A DNA stretch of 64,000 nucleotides. Source: Bosea sp. (in: a-proteobacteria). Lineage in GTDB: Bacteria; Pseudomonadota; Alphaproteobacteria; Rhizobiales; Beijerinckiaceae. Below the pieces are notes generated by a model, which worked only from the letters and a program-made list of their open reading frames with translations, made no database searches and was not told the origin of the DNA. Each line of letters starts with the position of its first letter. Position 1 is the first letter of the stretch. This document shows positions 1 through 8,143 of the stretch, piece after piece. Location: NCBI RefSeq assembly GCF_030695125.1, contig NZ_JAUYTP010000039.1, forward strand, positions 259 through 64,258. The letters run 5' to 3'. Both the position numbers and the translations under genes were made by a program.

Positions 1-190
1 AGGCTTCGGCTTGATCCTGCGTGAGATCGCGATCAGCAGCTTTGAGGGACCGCAAGTTTGGCACGGAATGATGCAAGACGGCGAGCGGAGGCACGTTGTA
101 GAAGACGGCATGGCGTCTGATCAAAGACGACAAAAGCTCATCAAGGGCTGGTGGGAAGCAGACCGGCATCGGCGACGGCGTGGCCGGCAT
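1..190 (-). CDS. tniQ: TniQ-family transposition protein, N-terminal part only (gene runs off the left edge)
   Basis: Minus-strand ATG at 190-188 overlaps the tniB stop (ATGA). Translation is MPATPSPMPVCFPPALDELLSSLIRRHAVFYNVPPLAVLHHSVPNL..., which is TniQ/TnsD-like. It sits in the canonical tniA-tniB-tniQ order. Confidence 0.55.
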   Translation of the reverse strand, partial: MPATPSPMPVCFPPALDELLSSLIRRHAVFYNVPPLAVLHHSVPNLRSLKAADRDLTQDQAEA

Positions 191-1071
191 CAGGCAACCG
201 CGGTCTCGCCCTGGAATGCGGGCTCCCAGCGCTGGACGGCCTCGTCGGTGATCCGCTCCTCGCCGCTCTCTATGGCTGCGATGGCGAGGTCGGTGATCAG
301 TCGGAAGATGCCCGCTGTAATGCCATCTGTGATCTGGAGAATGCGGCGCAGTGCGTTTGGCGTCAGCACGGAAGGGTGGCGAAGTGGCATGTTGCGCAGG
401 ACCGAGCCGATCAAAGCTTCAAATTGCTCGTTCGCCGCCCACCGGCTCAAGGTCAGCTGCTCGAAACGCCGCGCCAACTGCACGTCGCCGCTGATCGCCT
501 CGCGTGCTTCATTGACCCCGAAGCAGACGAGGGAGATTTGCAGTCGGTTGCTCAGGAAGCGAAGCGTGTTGAGCACGATGCGCTGCTCGCGGTAGCTGCC
601 GGCCAGAAGGTTGTGGACCTCGTCGATGACGAGGACTTGGACGCCGATGGCTTCCATAATCCGCATGGCTGCCTGCTCCATCTGGGCGATGTCAGCACGC
701 GGCCGCGATGGAGCCCCCAACAGCGTCAGCAGTTCCGCGTAAAACCGCCGTTCGCCCGGTCGGCTCGTCATCTCCATTGCAAGAACTGGCGTCGTCAGCA
801 CGCCGGTTGCGGTGTTGAAGCTTGGCGGGTGTTCGTCCCGGAATTGCTTCATGATCATGGTCTTGCCCATGCCGCTGTCACCATAGATGGCGATGGATGG
901 CATTCGCGTGCCACGCGGCTGGTCAAGAAGTCCATGCAGGCGATCGAGCGCCTGCTTGGCGCGAGGATAAAGCACCCACCGACGCGACCGGATGGCGCGG
1001 ATGCGCCGCTCATCATGCTCGGCAAGAAGCGCCGCCGCGCTCGATGTCAGGTGGCGGAATGTGAATGTCAT
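190..1071 (-). CDS. tniB: TniB AAA+ ATPase (TnsC-like transposition regulator)
   Basis: 293 aa. Walker A is IYGDSGMGKT and Walker B is VLVIDEVH. Typical TniB length, immediately downstream of tniA. Confidence 0.9.
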   Translation of the reverse strand: MTFTFRHLTSSAAALLAEHDERRIRAIRSRRWVLYPRAKQALDRLHGLLDQPRGTRMPSIAIYGDSGMGKTMIMKQFRDEHPPSFNTATGVLTTPVLAMEMTSRPGERRFYAELLTLLGAPSRPRADIAQMEQAAMRIMEAIGVQVLVIDEVHNLLAGSYREQRIVLNTLRFLSNRLQISLVCFGVNEAREAISGDVQLARRFEQLTLSRWAANEQFEALIGSVLRNMPLRHPSVLTPNALRRILQITDGITAGIFRLITDLAIAAIESGEERITDEAVQRWEPAFQGETAVA

Positions 1072-1077
1072 GCTGCG

Positions 1078-2694
1078 TCAATCCATATCCTCGACCGAGG
1101 GCACAGGATTGCTGGAATCGACGCCACGAAGCGAGCCCCAGCCGCTATCATCCACTTTGGAGTTTCTGGCCGCTCGCCCCCGCTTGCGCTGAGAGGAAGT
1201 CTTGCGAACGGCGTCATCGATCAACTCTCGCTGTGCTATGACAGTCCGCAAGATTGCCTCGGCGCCCACTTCTCGCCGCCCCTTTGCAAGAAGGGACTTC
1301 CGGGCCGCGCTGACCTCGCGCAGCGTTGCGGACGGCAAGGTGATGTCGGCATAGCGGGCCTCGACGAAGCTTCCGGATGGGCGCTGGACGAAGACGCGAG
1401 CCAGATCGCGGGGGTCGTACTTGACGAGCAGCTTGCTCTTCACGCGGCCGACATCGGCGGATAGGGCAGGCGACCAATAGCGAAGGCCGAACAGATGGAT
1501 TCCGGTCGGGCGCAAACTGCGGCGGTCTTCCGGCAGGAAGTTCAGCCAGAAGCGCTGACGATCTTGCGGCATGCGCAGAGGCGTCCGTTCTTCTAGCTCA
1601 CGCCAGACGGCGAGAGGAGGCCGGCCCAGGCCATTATGAATGGATTGGTGATAGGCTCCGGCGATATCGAGCGCGATGTAGCGCTCTAGTTCGCGCAGCG
1701 TGAGCGCGGCATGCCGTCTGCTGTCATAGTCTCCGCGCTCATCCACATCGCCGAAGGTCGTGCCCGGAAGAAGATGCAGGCGGCCCATCTGCGTGCCGAT
1801 GAGCCGCTCGATATGGCCGCCGAACCGAGGTTGTCCAGGCGGGCGCCAGATGACAGCGACGCCGGCGTCGTCGCAGCCCCGCTTGAAAGCCTTGCTCCTG
1901 AAATCCGCGCCGTTGTCGACATGCAGAGCGTCCGGCAAGCCAGCGATCGGCCAGGGCTCGGAAATCTCGCGCTCCTGGAGCCAAGCCGTTTTGTCGAATA
2001 CGGCGTGCAGCAGACACAGGCTCGTCGAGAGCCGCGAAGGCGCATCCATCGTGAGATGAAAGCCCATGACCATGCGGCTGTGCACGTCGATCGCGAGCGT
2101 CAGCCATGGGCGACCGATCGGCAGTCGCGTCTCTTCGTCGACGACGAAGATATCTGCCCTTGTATGGTCGAGTTGGACCACCTCGAGCGGCCGTGTTGTG
2201 CGCAGCGCGCCGGGAACCGGAGTCGTCGCCTTCACGGTGGCCTCGTCGCCACGCCGCCTGGCACGGTGCTGCAGGTCGACATCCTTGATACGCGCCTCGA
2301 TCGTGCGTCGATGCGGCGGCTTGAGACCCGCTTTCATGCAGCGCGCCTGAATCATCCGCACAAGCTCAGAGACGGGCGGGCGATTGGGCGTCAGGAAGAT
2401 CGCCCGGATGGCGCTCTTGACGAGTTCGTCCCGCCCGGGGTCAAGAATGCGATGGCCAAGTGGTCGGCCACGCTTGCGTTCGACCAGAGCGCGCACGCTG
2501 CCGCCTTCGCGGAAGAGACCGATCAGCCGATAGGTGGTTGCCTGACTGAGCCCGAGTTCAGTCGCCAGTGCAGCGACATCAGCCGTCGTGCCCTGGTCGC
2601 GGCGATGACTGAGAAATGTGCGGATTGCGTCGGCTCGCCGTCGAGCTTCTTCCCAATGAGCATCATCAATCTGATCGGGAAGCGGATCTTGCAT
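1078..2694 (-). CDS. tniA: TniA DDE transposase (TnsB/MuA-like)
   Basis: 538 aa. N-terminal HTH region (TTYRLIGLFREGG), rve-type core (VQLDHTRADIFVVDE ... LHVDNGADFRS), and the tniA-tniB-tniQ order. Confidence 0.9.
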   Translation of the reverse strand: MQDPLPDQIDDAHWEEARRRADAIRTFLSHRRDQGTTADVAALATELGLSQATTYRLIGLFREGGSVRALVERKRGRPLGHRILDPGRDELVKSAIRAIFLTPNRPPVSELVRMIQARCMKAGLKPPHRRTIEARIKDVDLQHRARRRGDEATVKATTPVPGALRTTRPLEVVQLDHTRADIFVVDEETRLPIGRPWLTLAIDVHSRMVMGFHLTMDAPSRLSTSLCLLHAVFDKTAWLQEREISEPWPIAGLPDALHVDNGADFRSKAFKRGCDDAGVAVIWRPPGQPRFGGHIERLIGTQMGRLHLLPGTTFGDVDERGDYDSRRHAALTLRELERYIALDIAGAYHQSIHNGLGRPPLAVWRELEERTPLRMPQDRQRFWLNFLPEDRRSLRPTGIHLFGLRYWSPALSADVGRVKSKLLVKYDPRDLARVFVQRPSGSFVEARYADITLPSATLREVSAARKSLLAKGRREVGAEAILRTVIAQRELIDDAVRKTSSQRKRGRAARNSKVDDSGWGSLRGVDSSNPVPSVEDMD

Positions 2695-2728
2695 GAGCGG
2701 CCCCAGCGCCGAAAGTGAACCGCATTCC

Positions 2729-2798
2729 CATTCTCACATAAGGTGCCAGAAATAAAGCGTCATTCTCAAATTAACTGCCGATTATCAAATTACCTGCC
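2729..2798. repeat. Three direct 19-bp repeats, candidate TniA-binding sites at the transposon end
   Basis: cattctcacataaggtgcc (2729-2747), cattctcaaattaactgcc (2761-2779) and gattatcaaattacctgcc (2780-2798). A weaker fourth copy lies around 2807-2827. The tract is AT-rich and immediately upstream of tniA. Confidence 0.6.
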
Positions 2799-3007
2799 GG
2801 CGTAACATGTTGAAAATGGTGAACTGCGGTTCCGGGATTTAAATGGAAAGTGACATCCGTCGCTGACCACGACGCGATCGCGAGGGGAGGTTTCCTTTTC
2901 GCTGCCGGGGGCGAAAGCATAAAGGGCGCAAACCGCTCCGCCAATCACCAGAAAATGGACCAAAGGTTCGCGGATGACGCGACTGACTAATGACGTGGTG
3001 GGCCTCG

Positions 3008-3607
3008 CTATCCCGCGACCTTAGGCCCGACCCATACGAGCGTGAGCACGATACCGGCGGTTGCGGCGGTCCACGATCCGGCGGCGCGGATTCCAATGCG
3101 TTGCCACGGGCGCGTGAAGCAGCACGTCAGGCCCCCAACACAGCTCAACAGCAGCACGCCGCCGACCGCAGTTCCAGCAAGGGCCAACGACATCTCGCGA
3201 TGCGGTGCGCCGTCCGGTGTGGAGTCCAGGCCGATGCCAACGCCAACAACTGTCGCCAGCGCGACGATGAAGACGAGCCCGAAGGCCCACTCAAATGCGA
3301 CCATCAATCCCGCGATCAGAGCCAAGGCGAGAAAAATCGCCTGGGGAACGCCCTGACCGACCCAATATCCCGCAACGAGGCCGAACCAAAATGCTGCGAC
3401 GAAAGCAAACCAGCCGCAGCGACTGAGCTGCGGCGCATGTTGCCCAAGCAAGAGGCCAAGCGCTGTGACCGACAACAGCTGCGACGGGACGAACAAGATA
3501 TGCAGCATGCCGTTATAGAACACGCCGATGCCCTCGATCGGCGCGTGAGCCAGCGCCGGCTCGACGGCCGCGATGAGCGATGCAAGTGCCAAGACGAAGT
3601 GGATCAT
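3008..3607 (-). CDS. HupE/UreJ-related membrane protein (second copy, divergent)
   Basis: 199 aa from the ATG at 3607, which overlaps the hupE stop (ATGA). It has a signal-like N-terminus ending ALAHAPIEG followed by about 5-6 hydrophobic segments. The 353-aa track ORF is an artefactual 5' extension through hupE. Confidence 0.6.
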   Translation of the reverse strand: MIHFVLALASLIAAVEPALAHAPIEGIGVFYNGMLHILFVPSQLLSVTALGLLLGQHAPQLSRCGWFAFVAAFWFGLVAGYWVGQGVPQAIFLALALIAGLMVAFEWAFGLVFIVALATVVGVGIGLDSTPDGAPHREMSLALAGTAVGGVLLLSCVGGLTCCFTRPWQRIGIRAAGSWTAATAGIVLTLVWVGPKVAG

Positions 3608-4218
3608 GCCACTCCCTTCAAGAGGAAGCCCACACCAACTAGTGCGATGATGCCTCCCGCGGTTCGCACTGCCGGTGCCCCCCAACTCCAACGCGTCGTG
3701 AAGCCGAACGAAACCCCGATGAGATGGAGCAGACCGGTGGCGATTACGAAACCTGCGGCATAAGCAAGCGCGTTGGCGGCGGCGGGCAGTTCGGTGCCGT
3801 GGGCGTGGCCATGGAATATTGCAAAGAGTCCGACGATCGCGGCAGCGCCGACCAGCGGCGGCCGCGCGGCCAGGGCCACCATGACTCCGAGCAGGACGGC
3901 CGAAAACGCAATGCCGATCTCGACCGCCGGCAACGGGACCCCGATGATGCCCAGCGCTGCGCCAAAGGCCATGACCAGCGGAAACACGATCGGCAGGAGC
4001 CAGATCGCCGGCGCTCCGAGGAATGCCCCCCATAGACCGACGGCGACCATGGCCGCTACATGATCCCATCCGAACAACGGATGTGCGAAGCCGCTCATGA
4101 AGCCGCCGGCAACGCCGGCCGCTTCATGAGCGTCGGCAACAGGCGATCCGACCGACAAGGCCATGGCTGCCAACGCCGCCATTCCTGCCACCCGTCGGGT
4201 GTAAGCGCGGTTCCGCAT
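3604..4218 (-). CDS. hupE: HupE/UreJ nickel permease
   Basis: Starts MRNRAYTRR behind the strong SD GAAGGAGG. Signal peptide ends ADAHE. It carries the HupE signatures FAHPLFGWDH and FHGHAHG and is multi-TM. Confidence 0.85.
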   Translation of the reverse strand: MRNRAYTRRVAGMAALAAMALSVGSPVADAHEAAGVAGGFMSGFAHPLFGWDHVAAMVAVGLWGAFLGAPAIWLLPIVFPLVMAFGAALGIIGVPLPAVEIGIAFSAVLLGVMVALAARPPLVGAAAIVGLFAIFHGHAHGTELPAAANALAYAAGFVIATGLLHLIGVSFGFTTRWSWGAPAVRTAGGIIALVGVGFLLKGVA

Positions 4219-4285
4219 TATTGCCCGTCCTCCTTCAATAGCGTTGCGTTGCGCAAGGCGTTCGTTGGGCTCGCAGCCTTCACTC

Positions 4286-4431
4286 AATCTGATCGAGCGT
4301 CTGTTCAACAAGCTCAAGAACTGGCGGTGCGCGCCAGACGTTGCAACAAGCGCAAGGAATATTACCTTGGATTCGTCGCTATCGGCGCAGTAAAACTCTG
4401 GTTACCCTTTGTCAACGAAGCCTGGAGCTAA
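4286..4431 (+). pseudogene. IS5-family (IS427-like) transposase, C-terminal stump with frameshift
   Basis: Two frames together read NLIERLFNKLKNWR ... (VAT) ... KRKEYYLGFVAIGAVKLWLPFVNEA, the conserved IS5/IS427 transposase C-terminus interrupted by small indels. No upstream part of the gene is present. Confidence 0.6.
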
Positions 4432-4525
4432 ACATCGGCGAGAATACACAGTTTTATTCGGATCGAGAAAGCGAGGTTTTCGGACGTTTTTACAACAATT
4501 CCAGAATCAGTAATCAAACGCGACA

Positions 4526-5467
4526 TCAAGCCAAGCTGTTGATATAATTTGAACTAAATTTCAAATCAGTTCTAAGATGCAATAATCTCGTAAGCCAGGC
4601 GTCCAAATTTTGCCCAGTCTTCGCTGAAACGCAGATGATCTCGGCCACCGGATTCACGGCACGAATGTTGTTGCAACAAGCAGCCTCGTCGAAGCCGACA
4701 TGCGGCGCAAGGTCCATCTTGTTGACGATCACGATCTTTACCGCGCGGAACATGTGAGGATACTTCAGGGGCTTATCCTCTCCCTCGGTGGTTGAGATCA
4801 CGGCGATCTTCATCGCCTCGCCCAAATCGAACATCGCCGGGCAGACAAGGTTGCCGACATTCTCGATCAGCAGGAGGCTGCCCGGAGGGGGATTGAGCGC
4901 GCGAGCTGCTTCGGCCACCATGTCCGCCTCGAGGTGGCATCCCGCGCCGGTGTTGATCTGGATCGCGGCAGCACCGGCGGCGCGGATGCGCTCGGCGTCG
5001 TTGCTGGTCATCTGGTCGCCTTCGATTACCGTGATCGTAACCTGCCCCGCCAGCGCCCGGATCGTTGCCTCAAGGAGCGCCGTCTTGCCCGCGCCCGGCG
5101 AGGACACGAAGTTCAAGGCCAACACGCCGCGACCTTCGAACCAGCCCCGGTTGCGCTGCGCGATGGCGTCGTTCTTGGCCAGGATCGCGGTTTCCAGAGC
5201 GACGGAGCCGCCATGCAGCGCAGTCGCCTCGGCTTGGCTCTGATTCCCGTGGTCATGGCCATGGTCATGGGCGTGTGCGTGTGCGTGCCCGTGGTCATGA
5301 TCATGCGGCAGGCCATGTGCATGGGCAAACGCATGCGCCTCAGCCACCGAAAGCCCTACCGGGACCTCTGTCGCCGGGCCGGTGCGCAGCAGGCTGGTCT
5401 TGCCGCTGGCCATATCGGTCATTGTCACTTGGTTCGTCGGATCGGCACAGCCGCATATTCCGCACAT
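4526..5467 (-). CDS. hypB: HypB nickel-binding GTPase
   Basis: Begins MCGICGC (CxxCGC metal site). Has the His-rich tract HAFAHAHGLPHDHDHGHAHAHAHDHGHDHG and the P-loop SSPGAGKT. Its start overlaps the hypA stop (TGATG). Confidence 0.95.
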   Translation of the reverse strand: MCGICGCADPTNQVTMTDMASGKTSLLRTGPATEVPVGLSVAEAHAFAHAHGLPHDHDHGHAHAHAHDHGHDHGNQSQAEATALHGGSVALETAILAKNDAIAQRNRGWFEGRGVLALNFVSSPGAGKTALLEATIRALAGQVTITVIEGDQMTSNDAERIRAAGAAAIQINTGAGCHLEADMVAEAARALNPPPGSLLLIENVGNLVCPAMFDLGEAMKIAVISTTEGEDKPLKYPHMFRAVKIVIVNKMDLAPHVGFDEAACCNNIRAVNPVAEIICVSAKTGQNLDAWLTRLLHLRTDLKFSSNYINSLA

Positions 5468-5709
5468 CACGCGTCCTCCCTGATTTCGTAGTCCTTGACT
5501 GTGAAAGTCTCACCCTCGGCCTCGACGAAGCCGAGGGTGGCGCCCGCAAGGGCGGTGCCTTCGGTCACTATGTCCCAGCAGAAGGCCAATGCCTGCCGCT
5601 CGATGCAGGCGTGCGGGCCAATAGCAACGCGCACGCCGCGCACCCGGCGGCCCCGTGCGTGTTCGCAGACGATCGCGGCGATGCTGCGGGCCATGCCAAG
5701 TTCATGCAT
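5467..5709 (-). CDS. hypA: HypA-like nickel metallochaperone, 80 aa, lacking the zinc-finger domain
   Basis: Begins MHELGMARSI (MHE Ni-binding N-terminus) and has a HypA-like N-domain. No CxxC...CxxC is present, and the protein ends FTVKDYEIREDA. Confidence 0.75.
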   Translation of the reverse strand: MHELGMARSIAAIVCEHARGRRVRGVRVAIGPHACIERQALAFCWDIVTEGTALAGATLGFVEAEGETFTVKDYEIREDA

Positions 5710-5760
5710 TCTGAACTGCTTTCCGTCCTGTATGCGGACCGCGAACGCCCGGCCAGCCGC

Positions 5761-5934
5761 CTATTGCCGTCGGATCCGCCGCAGAACTGTCACCGAGGCT
5801 AGCGCCAGCGCCGCCATGGCGGCGAGTTCCCAATGGCTATGGGACGCCGGAGCGCCATGGCCGGGATGCGCCAGCGCCACCGCAGGCAAAAGGACAAACA
5901 CGGCAGCCAGTCCGCCCGTCGAATATTTGGTCAT
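5761..5934 (-). CDS. Small (57 aa) His-rich exported/membrane-anchored protein, below the ORF-track cutoff
   Basis: The ATG at 5934 follows the SD GAGAGGAAA. Translation is MTKYSTGGLAAVFVLLPAVALAHPGHGAPASHSHWELAAMAALALASVTVLRRIRRQ: a signal peptide, the motif AHPGHGAPASHSHWE, a C-terminal TM and a basic tail. Confidence 0.45.
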   Translation of the reverse strand: MTKYSTGGLAAVFVLLPAVALAHPGHGAPASHSHWELAAMAALALASVTVLRRIRRQ

Positions 5935-5960
5935 GGTCGTTTCCTCTCTCGTTGGATTGG

Positions 5961-7007
5961 TCAGCAGATGCGCGGCAATTGTTCGCCGACAAGCATGTCG
6001 ACGATCCGTCCGCCGCCAAAGACGGTCTTCATAACCACGGTTCCCGGATGGGCGGCCGTGGCCTGTCCGATGATGCAGGCCTCGACACCGGCCGCCATGC
6101 CTTGCATGGCGGCCAAAGCCGCCTCGGCCTGGTCAGGCGGCACGAACAGCACCAGCGTTCCCTCGTTGGCCAGATAGAGCGGATCGAGCCCGAGGATTTC
6201 GCAGACCCCCTTGACCTCGGGGCGCAGCGGCAGGTCGGTCTCGGCGATCACGACCCCCACCCCGGCAGCATCGGCGATCTCGTTCAGGGCCGAGGCAAGC
6301 CCGCCACGGGTGGCATCGCGAGCGCAGCGCAGATCGGGTGCGGCGGCCAGGACCGCGTCCATCAACAGGTTCAGAGGCCGGCAATCCGATATGACATCGG
6401 TGGTCAGCGCCATGTCGCCGCGTGCGGCCAGGATGGCAGCGCCATGATCGCCGAGTACGCCGTTGACGATTGCCACGTCGCCGGGCCGGACATTGCCCGC
6501 CATCAAATCGCGGCCGGGCGGGATCACGCCCACACCGGCGGTGGTGACAAAGACGCCGTCGCCCGACCCCCGGCCCACCACCTTGGTGTCGCCGGTGACG
6601 ATGCGCACCCCGGCGGCCTCGGCGGCGGTCTGCATCGAGCGGGCGATGCGGCGGAGGGTGGCGATCTCGACGCCCTCCTCGATGATGAAGGCGGCTGACA
6701 GCCACAGCGGCCGCGCGCCGCCCACGGCCAAGTCGTTGACCGTGCCGCAGACCGCGATGGTGCCGATGTCGCCGCCGGGAAATTCCATCGGCGAGACGAC
6801 GAAGCTGTCGGTGGTGAAGGCAAGTCGCGCGCCCGGGTCCAGCAGCGACGGATGCATCAGCCGTGCCTGATCCTCCATCCCCGGCGGCGCGAAGACCGAG
6901 GTGAACACATCCTCGATCAGATCACGCATCGCCTTGCCGCCGCCGCCATGGGCTAGCGTCACCCGGTCGGCGACGACGCGCCGAGGGGGACGCAGTCGCT
7001 CGTTCAC
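5961..7007 (-). CDS. hypE: HypE carbamoyl dehydratase (cyanide ligand synthesis)
   Basis: A GTG start at 7007 overlaps the hypD stop (GTGA). It has an AIR-synthase-like fold signature and the conserved C-terminal PRIC. The 446-aa track ORF is over-extended. Confidence 0.95.
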   Translation of the reverse strand: MNERLRPPRRVVADRVTLAHGGGGKAMRDLIEDVFTSVFAPPGMEDQARLMHPSLLDPGARLAFTTDSFVVSPMEFPGGDIGTIAVCGTVNDLAVGGARPLWLSAAFIIEEGVEIATLRRIARSMQTAAEAAGVRIVTGDTKVVGRGSGDGVFVTTAGVGVIPPGRDLMAGNVRPGDVAIVNGVLGDHGAAILAARGDMALTTDVISDCRPLNLLMDAVLAAAPDLRCARDATRGGLASALNEIADAAGVGVVIAETDLPLRPEVKGVCEILGLDPLYLANEGTLVLFVPPDQAEAALAAMQGMAAGVEACIIGQATAAHPGTVVMKTVFGGGRIVDMLVGEQLPRIC

Positions 7008-8143
7008 AGCGCCTCCTCCAGCCGCAGCCCGCCATACTGGTAATAGGCAGCGCAGGCCCCCTCGGAACTGACCATCAGCGCGCCCAGCGGCATTTCGGGC
7101 GTGCAGCGCTTGCCGAACTGCGGGCAGGAATGCGGCTTGATCCGGCCGGTCATCACATCGCCGCAGCGGCAGCCATCGGGCTCGGCCACCAGGCGCGGCC
7201 CCTTGCCGTAGCCGACCCCGAACTTGACCTCGGCATCCCAGGCTGCATAGGCGGGGCGAATGCGCATGCCGCTGGCGTCGATCTCGCCCAGGCCGCGCCA
7301 TTCGAAACTGGGCCGTGGCTCATAGACCTCTGCGCAGGCGGCGATCGAGACCGGGTTGCCGTCATCCGGCACGACGCGGGAATACTGGTTTTCCACCTCC
7401 GCGCGGCCGTCGCGGATCTGTTCCAGCACCATCAGCACCGATTGCAGCAGGTCCAGCGGCTCGAACCCCGCCACCACGATCGGCTTGCCATAGTCGCGGG
7501 CGATGAAGTCATAGGGCCGCACCCCGATCACCATCGAGACATGCCCCGGCCCGACAAAGCCGTCGAGGATCATGTGCGGATCGTCGAGCAGCGCCTTGAT
7601 CGGCGGTGGCACGGTGATGTGGTTGCAGAAGACCGAGAAATTGGTCTGCCCGTCCGCTGCCGCCTGCAGGATGGTCAGCGCCGTCGAGGGCGTGGTGGTC
7701 TCGAACCCCAGGCCGAAGAACACCACCTCGCGGTCGGGGTGGCGCCGGGCCAGTTCCAACGCGTCGAGCGGAGAATAGACCATGCGGATGTCGGCTCCGT
7801 CGGCGTTGGCCTGGATCAGCGACTTGCGATGCCCCGGCACCCGCATCGCATCGCCGAAGGTGGTCATGATGACGCCCGGCCGTTCGGCGATCTCGACGCA
7901 TTCGTCGATCCGGCTCATTGGCAGGACGCAGACCGGGCAGCCCGGCCCGTGGATGAACTCGAGCCCCGGCGGCGTCAGCTTGTCGAGACCGTAGCGAAAG
8001 ATCGCATGGGTATGCCCGCCGCAGATCTCCATGATGTGGACGGGTTTTTCGCGGGTAGCACCGATCTCGTCGGTGACGCGGGCAATGGCGGCCAGCACGC
8101 CGCGCGCGGCGATAGGGTCGCGGAATTCGTCAGCGTAGTTCAT
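7004..8143 (-). CDS. hypD: HypD Fe-S maturation scaffold
   Basis: 379 aa, with the motifs EICGGHTH, GPGCPVCV and FEPLD. Confidence 0.95.
   Translation of the reverse strand: MNYADEFRDPIAARGVLAAIARVTDEIGATREKPVHIMEICGGHTHAIFRYGLDKLTPPGLEFIHGPGCPVCVLPMSRIDECVEIAERPGVIMTTFGDAMRVPGHRKSLIQANADGADIRMVYSPLDALELARRHPDREVVFFGLGFETTTPSTALTILQAAADGQTNFSVFCNHITVPPPIKALLDDPHMILDGFVGPGHVSMVIGVRPYDFIARDYGKPIVVAGFEPLDLLQSVLMVLEQIRDGRAEVENQYSRVVPDDGNPVSIAACAEVYEPRPSFEWRGLGEIDASGMRIRPAYAAWDAEVKFGVGYGKGPRLVAEPDGCRCGDVMTGRIKPHSCPQFGKRCTPEMPLGALMVSSEGACAAYYQYGGLRLEEAL

Larger units (their letters stand above)
1..2855 (-). mobile_element. tniA-proximal end of a Tn5053/Tn402-family (Tn7-like) transposon; it extends beyond the window
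   Basis: tniQ'-tniB-tniA module plus arrayed 19-bp repeats. A possible terminus is the minus-strand TGTCACTTTCC ending at 2855, which resembles the TGTCATTTTC start of Tn5053/Tn402 IRs as I recall them. The exact end is uncertain (2800-2860). Confidence 0.6.

Noticed and set aside
151-2718. Long plus-strand ORFs (151-1464, 1711-2718 and others) antisense to tniB and tniA
   Set aside because: They overlap strongly supported minus-strand genes. Their products are Arg/Ala/Pro/Gly-rich and low in complexity, as expected for shadow frames in high-GC DNA. They have no SD and no recognisable motifs.
2880-2925. Hairpin tttcgc-tgccgggg-gcgaaa as a terminator for hupE2
   Set aside because: It has only a 6-bp stem and no U-tract on either strand. 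That is not enough to call a terminator.
4562-4573. Exact 12-mer caaatcagttct shared between the hypB tail (4562-4573) and the regulator 5' end (20419-20430), considered as a duplication junction
   Set aside because: Similarity decays quickly outside the 12-mer. In both places it encodes R-T-D-L in frame. I could build no consistent repeat structure, so coincidence cannot be excluded.
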